A DNA stretch of 63,949 nucleotides, the filler included, from Perkinsus chesapeaki ATCC PRA-425 (lineage: Eukaryota > Protista > Perkinsozoa): NCBI GenBank assembly GCA_013115145.1. It is 12 parts of 12 records of this genome, joined end to end, with 100 filler letters (N's around TTAATTAATTAA, not from the genome) between each part and the next. Parts side by side here need not be neighbours in the genome. Positions count along the whole stretch, not along the records: positions 60,106 to 62,515 come from JAAPAO010001613.1; positions 62,616 to 63,949 come from JAAPAO010002034.1; 10 more parts are not named here. One strand, written 5' to 3'. The translations under genes and the position numbers were made by a program. Below are positions 61,000 to 63,949 of this stretch, piece after piece (within the stretch, counting starts at the first letter, position 1; the number at the start of each line of letters is the position of its first letter). The notes beneath the pieces were generated by a model, which ran no database searches, was not told the origin of the DNA, and saw nothing but the letters and a program-made list of their open reading frames with translations.

Positions 61000-62515
61000 C
61001 ACTTTTAGCTTTCGCAGCACTGAAGAGATCATTTTCTGTGACAGTTGGTAAAGGAAGTTTTTGAGCTCAGCTGGCCTACATCAGCTCTGACGACGCTAAC
61101 GGTATTCGGGTCTCCTGTTAGGTTATCGGAGCCGACGACTTCACTAGGAAATTGGTGGATGTGTGCCGAGAGGTCTACATAGAGGATGGTGGACGGGAGC
61201 ATGCTAGTGACATAAGACTGTAAGTAGAGATGTTCTCATTGATTGGGGAAGCAGCTAAGATAAATAATTATATATATTCGTATCTGCCTTATTTTTGTGA
61301 TGATATCATATGTTAACGGTGGATGAGGGCTCGATCTATCAGTCACTTCTTAAAGTAGTTCTTAACTCCGAATCTGTTATATAGTGGTTTAGCTCGCCGC
61401 TCCTGTCGGTGGTTTACATTCCCTCAGGTATTTGTTGCGTCAAGACTACCTTCCGACAACAGTAGGCAACAGACTGCTGCAAGTGGAAGTGAACACGGTC
61501 GCTGCGGCTTTTGCGGGCATTGTCTCCCGAGTTTCGGTAAGTCCATCACTACCCACTGCTTTCCTCCATAATCATCATTTCCATATTCTCGTGCATTGTC
61601 AGTGTCTCCACCGAATGACCGCGCTGGCTGCCTTCGATGGTGTGGCTCAGTTCACTCTGCCCGAGAATAAGGTCACCAACGGCTTCGCCAACGCCATTGC
61701 GGCTGCCAACCAGGCGTATAACGAAAAGTAAGTCAAAACTGTCTGGCGGCCTGTGCAGCCTCTCTCAGATACGGTCGTAATACACATGATATTTGCATGG
61801 TGGTTGAAGACGGCGAAGATAACGAGTGCGATCAAAGATTCCTGGAGTAAACGGGAATAGCATCTACTCAATAGCTCCCGCGGGCAGCCTCATTCCCCAT
61901 GTATCAGGTCCGCACTGTTGGTCAACCACAGCATAGCCGTGCATCGCCGCACGTTAAAGCAACTGGCAGAACAACTCCTTTTCGATGAAAAAACAAAGGT
62001 AGATCACGAACCGCTGTTCTTGGTGAAGCTCTATCAGGTTGTTAGTATACCGAATTTGGTGGATCCCCAGCGTATGACAGAAATCTCAGTTTTCTATTTC
62101 CGCGCTGGTTACGGACCTTCCCATTACACCGACGGTAGGCGAGCGGTAGCAGCAGCTGTCTGGTGTGTGATTTGGTTTATGTAGATTCTTGCTGGGATGC
62201 TCGTAAACGCATAGAGCAAAGTGCGGCCGTAAAGTGTCCGTCGATTCCTCAACAGCTGGCCGGTAGGCTTCGGGAAATCAGCGAGGCGTTGTGAGATGGC
62301 ACTTGTTGTCAGGCACCAAAAAGGTACAGCAGTTATGGTATAGCGATCCGAGTTTGATGACAAGATTTGGTTTAACTAATGAAGAGGCGGATATGATGCG
62401 ACAGCACTTTGCGGTAGGCGAGGAATTATCGACGTCTTATATGATATTTCCGCAGGTTCAAGTTGATCCTTCTACAGCAGAGGAGACCGTTGCTGAAGCT
62501 ATTAAGAATCCAATG
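61000..62515 (+). CDS. GSS: Glutathione synthetase (eukaryotic type), multi-exon, 3' end cut by the gap
   Basis: DDFTRKLVDV; LLRQDYL; LLQVEVNTVAAAFAG; EISVFYFRAGYGPSHY; RIEQSAAVKCPSIPQQLAG|TKKVQQ; VAEAIKNP, which stops just before the expected FVLKPQREGGG. Confidence 0.92.
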
Positions 62516-62615
62516 NNNNNNNNNNNNNNNNNNNNNNNNNNNNNNNNNNNNNNNNNNNNTTAATTAATTAANNNNNNNNNNNNNNNNNNNNNNNNNNNNN
62601 NNNNNNNNNNNNNNN

Positions 62616-63949
62616 TGGGCTTGTCCTTCTTGAGGTGGATCTCGTGCTGCATGTGGTCGCACCGGCCAGGCTTCTTAGAGAACAGATCGGAGAACTCGGA
62701 GCAGAGGGCTTGATAGGGACGATACTTCGGCTCATCGGGGAGGTTAGGAAGGTCAACACCATCACTCTGAAAATCAGGAACAGCGAACTCTAAAGCGGCA
62801 GCTAAATCATCTCCGTCCAACTCATCTGCATCCACTCCTTCTCCCGGCCAATCATTAGGATCAGAAAGGCCCCTATCAGGGATGATAGAGCTCAGAAGGG
62901 TAGGGCCAGTAATAGGAGGGACCACCAGCGACGCTTGAAGAACCTTAGCATACTCGGGGACATGTTGGGAACGTATCTCCTGGAGGGCTCGGCCAGACTG
63001 TTCCTTGCGAGAAGCTGCTGACCTTACCGACCGGGCAGGACCAACCGAAACCGAAGGAGCCGAAGTAGGCTCCGGGATCAACAAGGGCGTCGAAGAGGGC
63101 GTACTCCTCACAACATCACCGACCATAGACGATTGAACACCTTTAGAGACCATCTTAGGCACCGGTACCGACCATACCAAACCTTGTTGGCGAGAAAGAG
63201 AGCGCACAGAAGGGGCTGCTGAACCACAACTCGCTGAAGAGGAACTAGTCGAACCCTTATGGCCTCGAGGGCGATGATGCCTATGATGGCGCCGACGGTG
63301 ACGCCGGCGATGGTGACCAGACCGAAACGAGGAGCTCGAGGAACCACAAACCGACCGAAGAGAGGTGGCCTTATCCAGAGCGTCGTCACCAACAAACACC
63401 GAAGGAGCCATAACTACCGGATCTAGAGAGTTAACCATCCAATCCAAAATATTAGGAGCAGGCATACGACCACGAGCGTCACGAGGGACAGAAAGTTGCA
63501 CAGACTTAGCTCCGACCAACAAACCCATAGAAAAATGACGTAGAAAATCCATACCAAGTAACATATCGACGCTCAAAGAATCAATAACAATAAAACACGC
63601 GGGAAAAGTCAACCCAGGAACAACCTCCTCAGGGGTCGGGTTAGAAGGAATAGCCGGCCTCCTCCCCTGAGGTAAAACATAGAAACAAATATTCAAATCA
63701 ATAACACCCAAAATCTTACAGGTACCACCATTGGCCGTCCGTATAAAGTTCAGAGGACACGGTCTCAATGATGATAACATATAGGGCAACAGAGCTTCTT
63801 GGGGAATCAAAGACAAATCGCTACCAGTATCAATGACACCACACAAGAACCTAGACTGCAGATCAGAGCTCGGGGTCGACACCGTAGTCCACACCTGGGG
63901 GCTATGCCGACCAAATAAATCAATAGTAGAAGAAGACAACATTCTCGAA
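62616..63949 (-). mobile_element. Ty3/Gypsy pol fragment: retropepsin protease, long low-complexity linker and the start of RT
   Basis: GVIDTGSDLSLIP; DMLLGMDFL; EFSDLFSKKPGRCDHMQHEIHLKKDKP, the canonical Gypsy pre-RT block. Confidence 0.88.

Noticed and set aside
803-62363. Many 60-100 aa ORFs in the supplied track, e.g. 10764-10973, 14060-14344, 38809-39117, 44584-45069
   Set aside because: They are antisense or alternative-frame shadows of identified exons, or random intergenic frames without motifs.

Overview
Intron-rich eukaryotic protist DNA, most likely Perkinsus (Perkinsozoa, sister to dinoflagellates). The evidence is an exact 22-nt Perkinsus/dinoflagellate spliced-leader sequence at 6122-6143, many short GT-AG introns and Perkinsus-style retroelements. 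The window is a draft scaffold of about 13 contigs. Eleven gaps are 100-bp N blocks with an artificial TTAATTAATTAA linker and one is a plain 99-N gap, so adjacency across gaps is not guaranteed and ORFs ending in 'XXX...LIN' are artefacts. Recognisable host genes, in order: PTR2/POT peptide transporter (5' part), two convergent tRNA loci, an S28 serine carboxypeptidase, a ThrA-type aspartokinase lacking the homoserine dehydrogenase domain, two GH18 chitinase-like paralogs flanking pelota (one pseudogenised), ATG9, a probable PP2A B''-type EF-hand subunit, an intronless pepsin-family protease, an LRR protein, an alpha/beta hydrolase and glutathione synthetase. Mobile DNA comprises three pieces of tyrosine-recombinase (DIRS/Ngaro-like) retrotransposons, two in-register halves of an LTR-retrotransposon pol with mixed Gypsy and Bel/Pao signatures, and a Ty3/Gypsy protease-RT piece. 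I found no CRISPR array, rRNA or clearly new multi-gene system. The most interesting leads are the SL relict, the hybrid-looking pol, the non-canonical GH18 pair and the truncated aspartokinase with its duplicated tail. Ends of spliced genes are approximate because exons were inferred by eye.
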